From: Wallemia ichthyophaga EXF-994
Taxonomy: Eukaryota; Fungi; Basidiomycota
Length of the DNA stretch: 62,000 nucleotides
Reading direction: 5' to 3'
Assembly: GCF_000400465.1 (NCBI RefSeq)
Contig: NW_008806280.1
Span: 300,001-362,000, forward strand
Within the stretch, counting starts at the first letter, position 1. Each line of letters opens with the position of its first letter. Positions 1 through 13,715 of this stretch are shown here, piece by piece. The translations under genes and the position numbers were made by a program. Under the pieces are notes generated by a model, which saw nothing but the letters and a program-made list of their open reading frames with translations, did not search any database and was not told the origin of the DNA.

Positions 1-3000
1 AACCAGCTCAAGGAACTCGTTCCTGTGGGTTCTATTGGATTGGAAACTGGTATGACTAAGGGTAACCCAGTCAATGAATACCTTAGACGCAACGGCGAGG
101 TCATTAATGGCAGAACACTATTCGAAAATGATGGCTACTCAATCACTAAGTCTGCAAACCCATCATTGTACGTCTCGCCATTCTCCAACGAGTCATACTC
201 GAAAATCTCTGGTGATTACAATCCAATCCACATCAACCCGTACTTCGCGGATCTCGGCAACTTGCCTGGAACCATCGCTCATGGTATGTACGGCTCAGCA
301 GCCACTCGTAAGTACGTCGAGACAGTTGCTGCCGACAATGTTCCATCGCGTGTGCTGTCTTACCAAGTCACTTTTGTCGGCATGGTTCTTCCTGGAGACA
401 CCTTAGAAGTGAAACTCCGTCACATCGGTATGGATGCCGGTTCGAAACTTATTTCCGTCGAAACTTTCAACCAAGATGGTGAGAAGGTGATAAGTGGACA
501 AGCGCTTGTTGCACAACCTACAACGACATATGTCTTCACCGGTCAGGGTTCACAGGAACAGGGTATGGGTATGGCACTCTATGAGTCCTCAGCCGCTGCT
601 CGCAACGTGTGGGACGCAGCTGATGACCACTTGGGTGAGGTGTACGGTTTCTCCATTATCGACATTGTCAAGAACAACCCTAAGGCGAAAACGATCCACT
701 TTGGTGGATTGAAGGGACAAGCCATCCGTCAACGCTACATGGATCTTCGTTACGATACTACTGATAAGGATGGTAATGTGAAAACACTCCCACTCTTCCC
801 AGACATCACCGTTCGCACCAGTGACTACACTTTCCAAGCACCAAATGGTTTGTTATTTGCCACTCAATTCGCTCAAATCGCTTTGGTCGTCACTGAGAAG
901 GCAGCATTTGAAGATATGCGTTCTAAGGGATTGATTCAAGCCAACTGTGCATTTGCTGGTCACTCTCTTGGTGAATATGCTTCTTTGGCTTCGATAGCAG
1001 ACGTCTTGCCAATCTCTTCGCTTACTGATGTCGTTTTCTACCGTGGTCTGACCATGCAACGTGCTGTCGAACGCGATGCTCATGGTCGTTCGCAATTTAG
1101 GATGATGGCTGTTAATCCATCTCGTATTGGCAAGACCTTTGATGAGACTATCTTGAGGGAGATCGTTGACTCCGTTTCTAGACGCACGCAGTTGCTCCTT
1201 CAGATCGTCAACTACAATGTTGATGGTCAACAATACGTTTGTGCTGGTCATCTCCAAGCTCTCGAGACTTTGACCAACACTCTCAACTTCATGAAGGTTA
1301 ACAAGGTGAGCAGTTTGCTTTTTGTTTTACCTTACTAACATGGTACAGATCGACATCGCATCTCTTCTCAAGCAGCTCTCAGTTGAGCAAGTCAAGGCGC
1401 ACTTGGACGAAATTATTGACGAATGCTTCGGTAAATCCAAGGCTAAGGCTGAGTCTGAAGGCGGCTTCCTCACACTCGAGCGTGGATTCGCCACCATACC
1501 ACTCCCTGGTATCGATGTTCCGTTCCACTCCCGCTACTTGTGGGCAGGTGTTATGCCTTTCCGTACATACTTGTCGAAGAAGATCGACGCCAAAGGTGAG
1601 TTTTGTCTTGGGCTGCGCAATCGTCTTCTGACTACTAGCAGATCTCAACCCTGACATGCTCATTGGCAAGTACATTCCAAACTTGGTTGCCAAGCCTTTC
1701 GAGATCTCTAAGCCATACATTGAGATGATCCACAACCAGACCAGCTCCCCACGTCTTGAGAAGGTTCTCAGCGGCTGGGATGCAGATAAGTGGGCAGCTA
1801 CCGAAAACAGACAAGTGTTGGCCTACACTGTTCTTGTTGAGTTGTTGGCCTATCAATTCGCCTCTCCAGTCAGATGGATTGAGACTCAAGACCTCTTCTT
1901 CACTCACTACAACTTCGAGCGTTTAGTTGAGGTCGGTCCATCACCTACTCTTTCCGGTATGGCCAACCGCACTCAAAGACTCAAGTATGAGAGTCTCGAC
2001 ACTGCACAAGCCATTCAGCGCGCAATCTTCTGTCACGCCAAGAATCAAAAGGAGATTTACTACGAGATGGAGGATGAAGAAGAGGAAGCGCCTGCTGCTG
2101 CTCCTGCTGAGGAGTCTGCTCCTGCTCAAGCTGCTCCTTCTGCGCCTGCTGCTGCTCCTGCCGCAGCAGCTCCAGCTCCAGCTGCTGGCGGTGGTGCACC
2201 TGCGGAAATTCCTGACGAACCTCTCAAGGCCACCGACATACTGCGTATCATCATCGCCCAGAAGCTCAAGAAGACTGTCGGTGAAATCACACTCAGCAAG
2301 TCTATTAAGGACCTGGTCGGCGGTAAATCAACTCTCCAAAATGAAATTCTTGGTGACCTTCAAACTGAGTTTGGTAATGCTCCAGAGAAGGGTGAAGAAC
2401 TCCCATTGGACGAGCTGGGAAGCGCCCTCAACGTTGGTTACTCAGGCTCACTTGGAAAGTTCACCACCGGTTTAGTATCGCGTATGGTCGGCAGCAAGAT
2501 GCCCGGTGGATTCAACCTCTCGTCTGTCAAGACTCACTTGTCGAAGAGTTGGGGTCTTGGTCCACAACGTCAAGAGGCTGTACTCTTATTTGGTATTACC
2601 ATGGAGCCTGCCAAACGTCTTGGCTCAGAGCCTGAAGCCAAGCAGTGGGCTGACTCTGTCGCGCAAGCGTACGCCAGTCAAGCTGGAATCACCCTCTCTA
2701 CTGCAAGTGCTGGTGGTGGTGGCGGTGGCGCAACTGCTGGTGTCACTATCTCAAGCGAGGAGCTTGACAAGTTCCGTGCCGAGCAAAACGACTTCGCTGC
2801 CCACCAGATCGATGCTTACATGCGCTACCTCAACCGCGATCCACGTGCAGGTCATCGCCTTCATGAACAAGAGAAGCAGAATGGCACAGAGTTGCAAGAC
2901 CGCCTTGACGCTATCTCAAGAGAGCATGGCGATGCTTACATAAACGGCGTCATGCCTTCCTTCGAGCCACTCAAAGCTCGTACTTTCGATTCGTCTTGGA

Positions 3001-6000
3001 ATTGGGCTCGTCAGGATGCTCTGGCGATGTTCTACGATATCATCTTTGGTCGTCTTACCGCTGTTGATCGCGATAGTGAGTTTTGCGCTGAGGTTATCCT
3101 TCTCACTAACCTGTCCTTTCAGTCACTTCTCGCTGTCTCAACATTATCTCTCGCGCGGACCCTACTCTCGTCGATTACATGAGCTACTACCTCAACAACG
3201 TCAACATCGAGCTCGGTCCAACGTACAAGCTTGCCAAAGAGCTCGGTAACCAGCTCCTAGAGAACTGTCGTGAGGCTGTGCAACTGGGCGAGGGTCCAAA
3301 GTACAAAGATGTAACATTCCCTACCGCCCCTCACACTGAGATTTCTGGAAGTGGTGACATCAAGTACTCTGAGATCAACAGAGAGGATGTGCGTAAGCTT
3401 GAGCACTACGTCAAGGAGATGGCTGCCGGTGGCAAGATTTCAACACAAAACATTAACCTCGACAAGGTTCAAACAGATGTTGAGAAGCTGTACGAGCTTG
3501 TCAAGTCTCAGCCACAGATCTCTGAAGCTCACAAGACATCCATCAAGTCACTTTACGATGAGGTTCTTCGCTCTCTTGGTCGCCCAGAGAAGCACACGGC
3601 TGTGCCACGCACTCGTCGTTCTTCTTCTCAATTCTTGCGTCCGGACGTTTCTGAGAACGCTACTGTTAACGACGACAAGATTCCGTTCCTTCACCTTAAG
3701 CGTAAGGTTGGAACGAACTGGTCTTACAGTACCAAGTTGACTGAGATCTGTAAGTGTACTGTAGCGTCTTACGCCTTTCTAACGTATTTTAGATCTCGAC
3801 ATCCTCACTGAAATCGCTACCTCTGGCACTACATTCAAGGATAAGAACGCTCTTCTCACTGGTGTCAGTAAAGGATCTATCGGTGTCGAGATTGTCAAGG
3901 GATTGATTGCCGGTGGTGCACGTGTTGTCATTACCACATCCCGTTACAGCCGCGCCACCGTTGAGTACTACCAAGCAGTCTACCACGAATGCGGTTCGCG
4001 TGGCTCTTCTCTTACGGTTGTTCCATTCAACCAAGGCTCCAAGCAAGATGTGGAGCAGCTTGTTGAGTACATTTACTCAACTCTTGGTATGGATCTCGAC
4101 TACGTTCTTCCATTCGCTGCTCTTCCAGAGAACGGTCGTGAGATTGACGGTCTCGATGAGAAGTCTGAACTTGCCCACAGGATCATGTTGGTCAACGTTC
4201 TTCGCCTGCTTGGTGCTGTGAAGGCTAAGAAGGCTGCTCGTAACTTTGTCACCCGTCCAACTCAAGTCGTTCTTCCACTCTCACCAAACCACGGTCTTTT
4301 CGGTAACGATGGTCTCTACTCGGAGTCAAAGATCTCCCTTGAGACACTCTTCAACCGCTGGAGCTCAGAGAGCTGGGGTGAATACCTCTGTCTCGCCGGT
4401 GCTGTTATTGGTTGGACTCGTGGTACTGGATTGATGAGTGCCACCAACATTGTCGCTGAGGGCGTAGAAAAGCATGGTGTCCGCACTTTCTCATCAAAGG
4501 AAATGGCCTTCAACATTCTTGGATTGATGCACCCTCTTCTCTTCGACATCACCCAAGTCGAGCCAATCTGGGCCGATCTCAACGGTGGTATGGACAGATT
4601 ACCAGACCTTGCACAGATTTCATCCAAGCTGCGTACCGATCTTCAAGCTGATGCGGCTCGTCGTCGCGCAATCTCTGCTGACAACGCAGCTGACTTTGCT
4701 ACCGTTAACGGCGTCGAAGCTGAGGGTCTTTACAAAGAAGTCAAGGTCGCACCACGTGCTAACTTTAAGTATGGGTTCCCAGATATCGCCAAGCCAAAGG
4801 CTTTGGGTGATCTCAGCAAGCTTGAAGGTATGATGGACCTTGATAAGGTGGTCGTTGTTACTGGTTTCGCTGAAGTTAGTCCATGGGGTTCAGCTCGTAC
4901 ACGTTGGGAGATGGAAGCTCGTGGTGAGTTTACCATCGAAGGATGTATCGAAATGGCCTGGATGATGGGCTTCATCAAGCACTTTGACGGTCGTCTCAAG
5001 TCCGGTCAACTACACGTCGGTTGGGTTGACAGCAAATCTGAAGATCCAGTCGATGACAAGGATGTTAAGCCAAGATACGAGAAGTCAATTCTTGAACACT
5101 CTGGTATTCGTTTGATTGGTAGGCTTTGATTGTCGTGATTGAATTTAACTAACGTTAAACAGAACCAGAACTCTTTAGAGGATACGATCCAAAGAAGAAG
5201 GGCTTTAACCAGGAGATTGAGTTGAACCACGATTTGGAAGCTATCGAGGTGTCTGACGCTGACGCTGAACAATTCAAACGTGAACACGGCGATAAGGTTG
5301 ATATCTGGCAATCAGAGTCAGGTGAATGGGCAGCGAAGCTCAAGCGTGGTGCACGTGTTCTCGTACCAAAGTCATTCCGCTTTAACCGTCTTGTCGCTGG
5401 TCAACTTCCTTCTGGATGGGATGCCGGTCGTTACGGTATTCCAGGTGATATTGCAGCTCAAACGGATCGTACTGCACTTTGGTCACTGGCGTCAGTATCA
5501 GAAGCGCTGATTAATTCTGGTATCACTGATCCATACGAACTGTACAAGCACGTTCATCCATCTGAGGTTGGTACGTCGCTCGGATCTGGTATGGGTGGTA
5601 TGGAATCGCTCTCGGCTATGTTCAAGGACCGTCGCGAGGAGAAGGACGTACAGATGGACATCCTTCAAGAAACTTTCATCAACACTGTCGCAGGATGGGT
5701 TAACCTCTTATTGTTGTCTTCGTCAGGTCCAATTAAGATTCCAGTTGGTGCTTGTGCAACCGCGCTTCAGTCTATTGAGATTGCATGCGACACTATTATC
5801 TCTGGTAAAGCCAAGGTTATGGTGTCTGGTGGATTTGACGATTTCTCTGAGGAGGGATCATATGAGTTTGCCAACATGAAGGCAACCTCAAACACAGACG
5901 CGGAATTTGCTAATGGACGTGAGCCAAATGAGATGTCAAGACCAACTACAACAAGTCGTGCCGGATTCATGGAGGCTCAAGGTACAGGTGTACAGGTGCT

Positions 6001-7578
6001 TATGTCAGCGTCAACTGCTATTGAGATAGGAGCACCTATTCGTGGTATTGTTGGATTCACATCGACATCAACTGATAAGGCTGGTCGCTCAATTCCAGCA
6101 CCGGGCAAGGGTGTTCTGAGTGTTGGTAGGGAGTTGCACACGGAGACACCAATCCCAACACTTGATCTCAACTACCGCTCGAGACAGATGGCATTCCGTC
6201 GCAAGCAGATTTCAGAATGGCTTGATAACGAGCTGGAGATAATGTCAGAAGAGTTAGCTGCTGTAGAGAAGAATGGCGAAAAGGTAGATGAAGCAACGAT
6301 GCAAACCAAGGTGTCGTTCTTAGAAGAGGAGGCAGAGCGTCAAGAAAAGCAGGCATTGGGATCGTTCGGTATGCTTGAGGGATCAGATTCGCGTATTGCA
6401 CCACTTCGTCGTGCACTTGCAGTGTGGGGATTGAAGGTTGATGATATCGGATTCTGTTCATTCCACGGTACGTCAACAAAGGCGAACGACAAGAACGAGT
6501 CGGAGACGTATAACGCCTTATTTGAGCATCTCGGCAGGAGTGAAGGCAATGCCTGTCCGGTGATTGCTCAGAAGTGGCTCACCGGTCATCCTAAGGGAGG
6601 TGCAGCAGCGTGGATGTTTAATGGAGCGATGCAAGCAATCAACGATGCGATTATCCCCGGTAATCGAAACGCTGATAACATTTCAGCTGAGCTGCAAGCA
6701 TACAAATATCTCGTGTATCTGTCCAAGTCGATCAAGGTGGATGCGATCAAGTGTGGTATTCTGACATCGTTTGGTGGGTTCATTTGGAGTATTTGATGTG
6801 TTGCTTTGTTGCTAACGTGCTGTGTTCAGGTTTCGGTCAAGTCGGTGGATCATGTTTGATCATTCACCCAGCATACCTCTACGCATCACTGGGTGATGAC
6901 GCACTGGCTGCCTATGGCAAGGTCAGAGCGGAACGTGAGCGTGATAGTTACAAGAAGATGAATGCGCATATGATCCACAACAACCTTGTGGAAATTAAAG
7001 AGACGCCGCCATTCACGCAAGAGAATGAGATGCCCGTTCTACTCAATCCACTCGCACGTACTTCAGGTGACAAGCCGGGTAGTTATTCGTGGGTGATGTT
7101 TTAGGGTGGTGTGTGGTCTACTAACAAAAATTGAAGGTTCCCAAAGAAATTGAATGAAAAGATTGCATTCAAGAAGGGTAATGCAGGTGTGGCTAGTGAG
7201 ATGTTGAAAGGAGTTGATGGAGTGCAAGGGGTGGGTACTGACGCGGTGCTCATCTCTGCTGTGCCTACAAGTGAGACATTCATTGAGCGCAACTTCACCA
7301 ACGCGGAAAAGAGTTACTGCGAAAAACAACCCGACCCGAAGGCTTCGTTCGCCGCTAGATGGGCTGCTAAGGAAGCAGTGTTCAAAGCTCTCAACACTAA
7401 GGGTAAAGGCGCAGCGGCGGGTATGAAGGAAATCGAAGTCGTCGCTGGAGATGTCGGACCAGCCGTTGTATTGCATGGAGATGCTCTCGCGGCTGCCCAT
7501 CAACGTAGAGTTAAGGAATTCAAATTGTCTCTGTCACATTCAGAGGATGTTGCAATTGCAGTTGCTTTTGCGCAGTAG
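1..7578 (+). CDS. FAS: Single-chain fungal type I fatty acid synthase, 5'-truncated (DH/MaoC, MPT, ACP, KR, KS, PPTase)
   Basis: Frame is open from base 1. Seven short GT-AG introns (donors about 1306, 1596, 3076, 3749, 5120, 6774, 7089) join the ORF-track pieces. Motifs: FTGQGSQ and GHSLGEY (MPT), [12 protein letters not shown] (ACP), VGACAT (KS Cys), C-terminal AcpS-type PPTase. Beta- and alpha-type domains lie in one frame. Confidence 0.97.
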
Positions 7579-7706
7579 GTGGATTAAAAAGGTAGTTCCA
7601 CTGTTTTAGATAGTTTTTTTGGGTTATTTATTTTCATATTTTTTTCACATAATTTTCATTGTTAATGCCTTTACAATTAATTATCTAAGTACAATTGGGT
7701 ATAAAT

Positions 7707-8321
7707 CTAACGAAGCTTGATATCGTCGCCAGCAACGAAAGAGGATCTGTTGTGTTGAGTGTAGGAGAGAATTTTGGATCTTCTGTCGATGAAGCGCTGA
7801 GCAGCAGAGTCGTCTTGGGTGGTGGCTAAAGGAGCGTTCTCGTCGATGACAGGGGAAGGAGAAAGAGGTCTAACAGAGGTAGGAAGACCAGTGAGGGTGA
7901 AGTTGTTGGAAGAAGGCAGGTTAAGTGGGTAGAAGGAAGGAGGTCTGGGGGAAGAGGGCAAGCCGCGTAGTTTCGAGGAGTGGGTGGTTGGGTGAGTGTG
8001 CTTAGGGTTGCAGATTTCAATCCAGCTTGAACGGATATTGTGGGGGTTATTGTTGTTGGCTGATTTAGGGATATTGGATAATGGACGCATATTAAGTGTC
8101 TCAGAGTGATCAGTGTGGGTAACTTGTATCCCGCTATCCATCCACCCATCGTCATCATCGTTTACAACAATTTCATCGTCCTCAGAAGGTGCAACGATGA
8201 TAGACGCTGGTTGCAGTGGAGGAGCGTCGTATTTGAATAGATATAGAGTGACTAGGATTATAATAAGTGCACCGACTATTGTAAGGACTGTGGTTAAAAT
8301 TATATTCAATTGACTAGCCAT
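7707..8321 (-). CDS. Hypothetical single-pass membrane protein with a Pro/Ser-rich tail
   Basis: ORF from ATG 8321 (MASQLNIILTTVLTIVGALIIILVTLYLFKYD): one N-terminal hydrophobic helix, then low-complexity sequence. No family recognised. Confidence 0.6.
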   Translation of the reverse strand: MASQLNIILTTVLTIVGALIIILVTLYLFKYDAPPLQPASIIVAPSEDDEIVVNDDDDGWMDSGIQVTHTDHSETLNMRPLSNIPKSANNNNPHNIRSSWIEICNPKHTHPTTHSSKLRGLPSSPRPPSFYPLNLPSSNNFTLTGLPTSVRPLSPSPVIDENAPLATTQDDSAAQRFIDRRSKILSYTQHNRSSFVAGDDIKLR

Positions 8322-8338
8322 GCTTGTTAATAACAACG

Positions 8339-9483
8339 ATGACTTCAAATTCAATAGACCAGCGTCGTATTGTTAGGTTGGATAAAGAGAGAACTCATAA
8401 TGTGAATTATCATTCAAATTTACAAGCCTCGTCTTCTAATAAGCACTTTAGATCCACTCAACTGACTTCCCTGGCAATTATCCAGGCGAGAACTTGGAAT
8501 GGAATTTGGATTCCTTTAAACAGGCTTGTTCTATTGATATCAACTCTGTCACAAACGAAGACTGCGAATTCGATCTCATCGGCGTCGATCCTTCCATCGC
8601 GAATGCCCTACGAAGAGTCATGATAGCAGAGGTTCCTGCCATAGCCGTTGAGAATGTATTCGTATTCAACAACACTTCTGTTATGCACGACGAGGTTATG
8701 GCTCACAGACTAGGTCTCGTCCCCATCCTCTTCGACGCCAACAGACTCGAGCATTTCGAGAAGGGCGACAACCCCAATGACCAGAATACGATTGTGTTTA
8801 CGCTGCAGGTGGAGTGCAAGCGCAAGTCCAACGTTGCTCCCGGTGAGACGAACCCCGACAAGCTCTACGAGAATCACAAGGTGTACGCGCGACACTTCAG
8901 TTGGGTGCCCCAGGGTGCGCAGGAGTCTGATCCTATCTTCACCCAGAACCCACCACGCGTTGCTTATCCGGATATTCTCATCACAAAGTTGAGACCGGGG
9001 CAGGCATTGGATCTGGAGTTGCATTGCGTTAAGGGCGTAGGACAGGATCATGCGAAATTCTCGCCAGCTGCTACGGCTACATATAGATTGCTGCCGACAG
9101 TGAAATTGCACAAGCCAATCAAGTCAGAACACGCTGAGCTGTTCAGAAGCTGTTTCGCAGATGGCGTGGTGGATGTAAGAGAGGATGAGAACGGTAACAA
9201 ACAGCCTTACTACGTCAATCCTCGTAAGGATACGGTGTCGAGGGAGGTACTCCGTCACGCAGAATTTGATGGTATTGTCGAGCTGGGCAGAATTAGAGAT
9301 CACTTTATCTTCAACGTCGAAACTACTGGATCAGTGCAGCCCGTTGATATGCTCCCGAGATCGTGTGCAGTGATGAAAAACAAGATAGCGGCTATTAGAG
9401 ACGGCTTGAATGTCATTGTCCATGGCAAGCAGGATGAGGAGGAGGAGGGGCAGGAAGGGCAGGATGAAGACATGCAGGAATAG
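8339..9483 (+). CDS. RPC40: RNA polymerase I/III subunit AC40
   Basis: ATG 8339, intron 8402-8450. Motifs STDFPGNYPG, DPSIANALRRVMIAEVP, HRLGLVP, KGVGQDHAKFSP. Confidence 0.97.
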
Positions 9484-9545
9484 ACTGGACTTGATTAGGC
9501 TTTCTATGATTTTCAAAAATACTCAATTCCTTCTTCCCTTGTACC

Positions 9546-11183
9546 ATGAATATTTATACTAATCTAAGGGGATGGTGTGGTGGGATTAGTCGAGGCTATA
9601 AAACTAATAGTGGATTTGGATTCAAGTGTGGGTCGATGGATGCACTGCGCACACACCTAACAGCCGGATACAGCCAATGAGCCGACAGTGCGTACGAGCA
9701 AGCACCAGACCAAGGAAGCGTTATTTAATATGGGCGGTGGAAGACGTAGGAGCAACAAGAACAACGAGGAAGCCACAGACGCCACGCAGAAATTACCGTC
9801 ATTCAACAAGAACTATGTCCAGTTTACAGACGCTGTTAAGCACTTCTCCACGGTGGACGTTGTAGACGGGCTGATGGAGCGTGTACGTGGAGAGATTGGG
9901 GGGAAGACGCTGCCCACGTCGATACAGTCACTGGCCATGATGACTTTGTTGGGCGATGCACACGGCAAACAGGGCAAACAGGGAAAGCAAACACTTCTCG
10001 CTGCTGAAACGGGCAGTGGGAAGACTTATGCGTTTCTTATACCGATGATTGACGCGCTTAAGAGGAGTGAAGTGGGTGCTGCACCAGCACACAAGGCGAT
10101 CCGCAAACCACGCGCACTTATTATGGCACCCACACGCGAGTTGTGTAGACAGCTCACCGGACAAGTAAAGGCGCTCACACATATATGCAAGCTGAAGAGC
10201 ACGTATGTATGGAGTGCGGGGGAGTATCAGGATGAGAATAAAGACAAGCTGGAGAAATGTAACGATGATGTCCTGATTGGTAGCCCCGAGCAGCTCAACA
10301 AGCTCCATGAAAAAGGGGTTTCCTTCGATGGCGTTGAGTGGGTCGTGCTTGACGAAGCTGATGCGCTATTCGACGATGATTTCGTAGATTCGACTGAGAA
10401 ATTGGTTCGAATGGTAGAAAAGGCACGTGTAGATGGCAATTTAAGTGATAATAGAAGTGGCAACCTCAATCTCAATTTGGTCATGAGCACTGCCACGGTA
10501 AATGAGAAATTCTCTTCATACCTCCACACACACTATCCACGGATCAATAGACTTGTGAGCCCCAAAACACACACGCTGCCACGCGCACTCAAGCTCAGTT
10601 ACGCACCGTACCACTCGGGCAACAAGCTGGCTGATTTGCGTGGAGTGGTTAATGATTTGATTAGTGGGTCTGGCAAATCCAGCAACTCAAGTAAACAAGC
10701 TAAAACACTCGTCTTTGTTAATACAAACGAGCGCGCGGAGAAAGTTGCCAAGTATTTCAACGAAAAAGGTACACCGGCTGTAAGTATGACGAGTGCATCG
10801 CAAGGCAGATCGCGCGTGTCGAACAGACCAATCCGACCTTTTTTGCGAGGAGGTGTTGACATTAGTAGTAGTAGTGGTGGCAGCAATGGTAGCGGTGATA
10901 ATAGCAACAATATTTCTCCTGCCTCCGCTAACACCCTCGTCACAACCTCCCTTTTAGCGCGTGGATTGGATTTCGGGACACACGTCCAGAATGTCGTCAT
11001 CGCAGAGGAATCGGGTAGTGCTGTTGACTTTATACATGTGAGTTGGAGTGAGAGTTAGCACACACCAGCTGACACACTTATTCAAAGCGCGCTGGAAGGA
11101 CCGGCAGAGCAGGTGCGCAAGGACACGTCACGGTGATGGTGCCTTTGAAGAAATATCAACATCTGAGTAGAAGGGGACGCTAG
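9546..11183 (+). CDS. MRH4: Mitochondrial DEAD-box RNA helicase (Mrh4-like)
   Basis: Presequence-like exon from ATG 9546, intron 9628-9673. Motifs AAETGSGKT, PTREL, DEAD, ARGLD; HRAGRTGRAG after a second intron near 11038. Confidence 0.8.
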
Positions 11184-11318
11184 AGCGGGAATTTGGATGT
11201 ATTTGATTTATTTATTTATTACTTGCGTTTAAACATGACGTATGCCAACTCCACCAGGTTAAATATCGGAGTCGGATGACTTCCGCTGGTTTGAACACAG
11301 ACCACCAAGAAGAAAAGA

Positions 11319-12148
11319 ATGCCAGCAACACTCGACTTATCAGGAACCGTAATCGTCTCAGGTGGGTAGTATTATGGTTGCTGTCTACACCCACTCACGC
11401 TGCTACAGGCGGAAACAGAGGTATTGGATATGAGCTCAGCCGCGGGGCAGCAGAAGCAGGCGCCAACGTAGCCATTCTTTACAGGTCAGCTAAGGATGCC
11501 GACCAAGTAGCAGCCAAGATTGGTGCCGAGTTCAATGTCCCCGTCAAGGCGTTCCAATGTGACGTCACAGAGCAAGAGAGCGTCAAGAGCACCGTGAGCA
11601 AGATAGACAAAGAGTTCGGTCCAGTAACTGGGCTTATTGCGAATGCTGGAGTGGCAGAGTTGAGACCAGCACTCGAACTCACCCGCGCAGACTTTGACAA
11701 GATCTACAATGTGAATGTGTACGGTGTTTTTAACACATGCCAAGCAGTAGCGCAGCTTTGGATCGACAGGAAATTCACCAAGGGCGCCATTGTTATTATT
11801 TCATCCATGTCGGGTGAAATATACAACACTTCAGCACCTAACAAGGCACTTACCCAGGTGTTTTATAACTCAAGCAAGGCAGCTGTGACACACTTGGGCA
11901 AGTGTCTCGCAGGCGAGTGGGCACCTCATGGAATTCGTGTTAACGTCGTCGCCCCCGGTTACGTCAACACGGATCAAACTAAAGATCATCCAGAGGAAAT
12001 TAAGAGCTACCAGGCTAACAACACTCCGTTGGGCAGATTCTGTCACCCAGCTGAACAAGCACCTAGTGCTGTCTTCCTCCTTTCTGAGAAAGCGTCGTTT
12101 ATCACGGGAGCAACGCTGCTCAACGATGGTGGCTATACAGTGTGGTAG
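11319..12148 (+). CDS. NADP-dependent mannitol dehydrogenase (SDR family)
   Basis: Intron at 11362 restores SGGNRGIG. NAG, TQVFYNSSK and the C-terminal DGG..VW closely resemble Agaricus MtDH as I recall it. Confidence 0.85.
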
Positions 12149-12224
12149 ATTAGAGAATAAAAAGAAATGTATAAAATGTACACAATTGATTATTTGCTTA
12201 CTTTGATGACGTCGTTTGCCTTGT

Positions 12225-12606
12225 TTACTTACCATACTTCTGCAACGCCCACTCACGATTATCGAGTGGACAGACGTGCCTCGTTTTAAGCCAACGAGAT
12301 ATGCAATGAAAGTGGAAAGCGTGGTTGCAGATTCCCCAGGCAACGACACACTCATTTGTCGTTGCAGAAGCTTGATTGGCTTGGCATTCAATACAAAGAT
12401 CCATTATCTGGTTTCTACAGATAGCACAGTTGTCTACTGCGATATCCCAGTTCCACAGGGCAACGGCATTCCACTTGGTGTTGTTAGTTGGCAAGAAGTC
12501 TGGCTGGGTATCAGCGACAAACCTTTTTTACTTGAAAACGTGGCTTCTTTGGTGGGGCCTTGTCGATATCCATCGATTGATGTGTTTGGTGAGTATCCTC
12601 GGTCAT
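12225..12606 (-). CDS. RBX1: SCF RING-box protein Rbx1/Hrt1
   Basis: RFQVKK|[31 protein letters not shown]...CPLDNREW; one intron. Confidence 0.97.
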
Positions 12607-12648
12607 GATGGGCGTGATGACGGTCCAGGTTCAACCAAAACGATCATC

Positions 12649-13339
12649 ATGATGAAATTGATATCACTGGGATTAATTTATACGCTGATTTGTCTATTTA
12701 CTCCGATAAACTCATCCGCACTCACAACAACTATCGACGCTGCTCAACGTAGCTGCTTCTACGCTAATGTTGATAAGAGAGTGGGTTTTTATTATTCAAG
12801 CAGGTTGATATACTCAAATCTATTCACAGGGTGAAAAGATTGGCTTTTACTTTGCAGTTCAATCTGGCGGTGATTTCAATTTGGACTGGGAAGTACTCGA
12901 TCCAGAGGGACTAGGTGTCATCCACGGCGAGAAGGATAGACAGGGTGATTTCATTTTCACAGGTAATAAGATTGGAGAGTATAAGTTTTGTTTCTACAAT
13001 AGACTTAGCTCGATCGAAGAGAAGCTCGTTGACTTTGATATCCTGGTTGAATCTGAACCCAGACATCAACTTCCAAAGCACAGCAACGAGCTAAAGGAAC
13101 ACACTCATAGCTTAGAAGATAGCATTTATAAGATCCAAGGTCAAATATCCACTCTCCAACGTAATCAGAGGTACTTTAGGACAAGGGAGAATAGGAATAA
13201 CGCCACAGTCAGTTCAACCAGGCGTAGACTCAAAACATACGCTTTCTTGGAAGCACTGGCTGTTATTTTCATGTCTGCTGCTCAAGTCTGGATAGTTAAA
13301 AACTTCTTTGCGACGAGTTCTGCGAGGTATAAAGTGTGA
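12649..13339 (+). CDS. p24/emp24/gp25L cargo receptor (Erp3-like)
   Basis: Signal peptide, GOLD domain (CFYANVDK|GEKIGFYFAVQSGG), coiled coil, C-terminal TM and KNFF tail. Intron 12781-12829. Confidence 0.9.
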
Positions 13340-13348
13340 TATTGTAAA

Positions 13349-13660
13349 CTATATTAACAATGTAATAGCCATAATTATTGCTGATAATGCTACGTATGGT
13401 GATAATCTTTCTCCTGTTGAACGGCTCATTAGACATATTAGATAAAAACATGGGGACACTGACCAATTCTTGCAAACTTATAAAACATTCCAAGTAATCC
13501 ATGCTTGTTCCTATCGATTAAACCTGGAAATGTTGCTCTAATATAAGCACAAGTGCAGATCAGCAGTATAATCACAAGCAGCAGCGACTGGAAGTTGAAT
13601 AGGGCTGACTATAAGCGATTATAAGCAATTCCATCAAACATCTCACACTACACTCACCAT
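13349..13660 (-). CDS. KSH1: Kish (TMEM167) small ER-Golgi membrane protein, about 72 aa, 3 exons; absent from the ORF track
   Basis: ATG|gtgagt..ttatag|[24 protein letters not shown]...KFARIG|[20 protein letters not shown] matches the Kish signature. Confidence 0.93.
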
Positions 13661-13703
13661 TTAAATTTTAACTTTGATTTTATTCAACTTGTGCCACAGT
13701 TGA

Positions 13704-13715
13704 ATGCTCCAGTGA
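13704..13715 (+). promoter_or_regulatory. 3-codon uORF (ATG CTC CAG TGA) abutting the upstream ValRS ATG
   Basis: Read directly from sequence; translation not demonstrated. Confidence 0.4.

Noticed and set aside
74-7503. Many 60-180 aa ORFs overlapping FAS, ValRS, NIK1 and other long genes on alternate frames or the opposite strand
   Set aside because: These are shadow ORFs from codon bias in long genes; none shows motifs or independent splice and start signals.
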